This document shows, one piece after another, positions 63,767 through 64,000 of a stretch of DNA of 64,000 nt. The stretch's first letter is position 1. Each line of letters starts with the position of its first letter. The stretch lies in assembly GCA_963702435.1 (NCBI GenBank), contig CAVPCR010000004.1, positions 352,001 through 416,000 on the forward strand, given 5' to 3'. Origin of the DNA: Candidatus Eiseniibacteriota bacterium. Lineage in GTDB: Bacteria; Eisenbacteria; RBG-16-71-46; CAVPCR01. A program made the position numbers and the translations under genes. The notes under the pieces are model-generated. The model was not told the origin of the DNA, searched no databases, and saw only the letters and a program-made list of their open reading frames with translations.

Positions 63767-63910
63767 AGACAAGGGCCAAGCGGGATCCCGGGCGGGCGGC
63801 GTCCGCGGCCGGCCCGCGGGAGCCACGGGCCGGGGGCTCGCTCCTTCTGTGTCGCCCAGCCATTCCTTCCGCACCGCGGCCTGGATCCCGGCGTGGGCGT
63901 CGGAGATGCA

Positions 63911-63972
63911 CAAGGGATAGGAATCTCCTTTCGTCAATAGCCCGGGAGGAGGAGGAGAACGGGGAGCCAAGC
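63911..63972 (-). mobile_element. IS91/ISCR-type oriIS-like end, copy B (element would extend past the window end)
   Basis: Minus strand gcttggctccccgttctcctcctcctcccgggctattgacgaaaggagattcctatcc|cttg. Confidence 0.6.
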
Positions 63973-64000
63973 CGCGCGCGCGACCGACCGGGAGGCGTCC

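Overview
High-GC bacterial chromosome segment. Several secreted proteins end in an FlgD-Ig/T9SS-like C-terminal domain (NPFNP...WDG..G..V.SGVY), and one gene remnant carries a 'TWGxxKAxY'-like tail. Both suggest an FCB-related candidate phylum such as Eisenbacteria, Latescibacteria or Krumholzibacteria (inference only). The first ~3.1 kb (polyferredoxin, aldo/keto reductase) is heavily frameshifted, probably from sequencing error. Then come asnA, a ubiA-ubiX-ubiE/menG quinone cluster, a six-hairpin glycosidase-like protein, a yitJ-type methyltransferase/MTHFR fusion, a small-gene/nucleotidyltransferase pair, a GldA/F/G-like ABC system and an M1 peptidase. At 26.2-37.9 kb is a translationally coupled four-gene surface operon: TPR/CsgG-like lipoprotein, beta-barrel, cohesin lipoprotein, and a 2721-aa protein with 17 PKD domains, 10 Ig-like domains, a dockerin-like module, a cohesin-like module and an FlgD domain. 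Next are a porin/amidohydrolase/DcaP/exported-glutaminase cluster and housekeeping genes. The last ~8 kb is a rearrangement hotspot: an IS91-family transposase remnant, three oriIS-like ends, gene fragments, short copies of neighbouring genes, a truncated uvrD and an AAA/DUF4143 ATPase-nuclease. I found no rRNA, tRNA or CRISPR array. All family calls come from motif recognition by eye, not from database searches.
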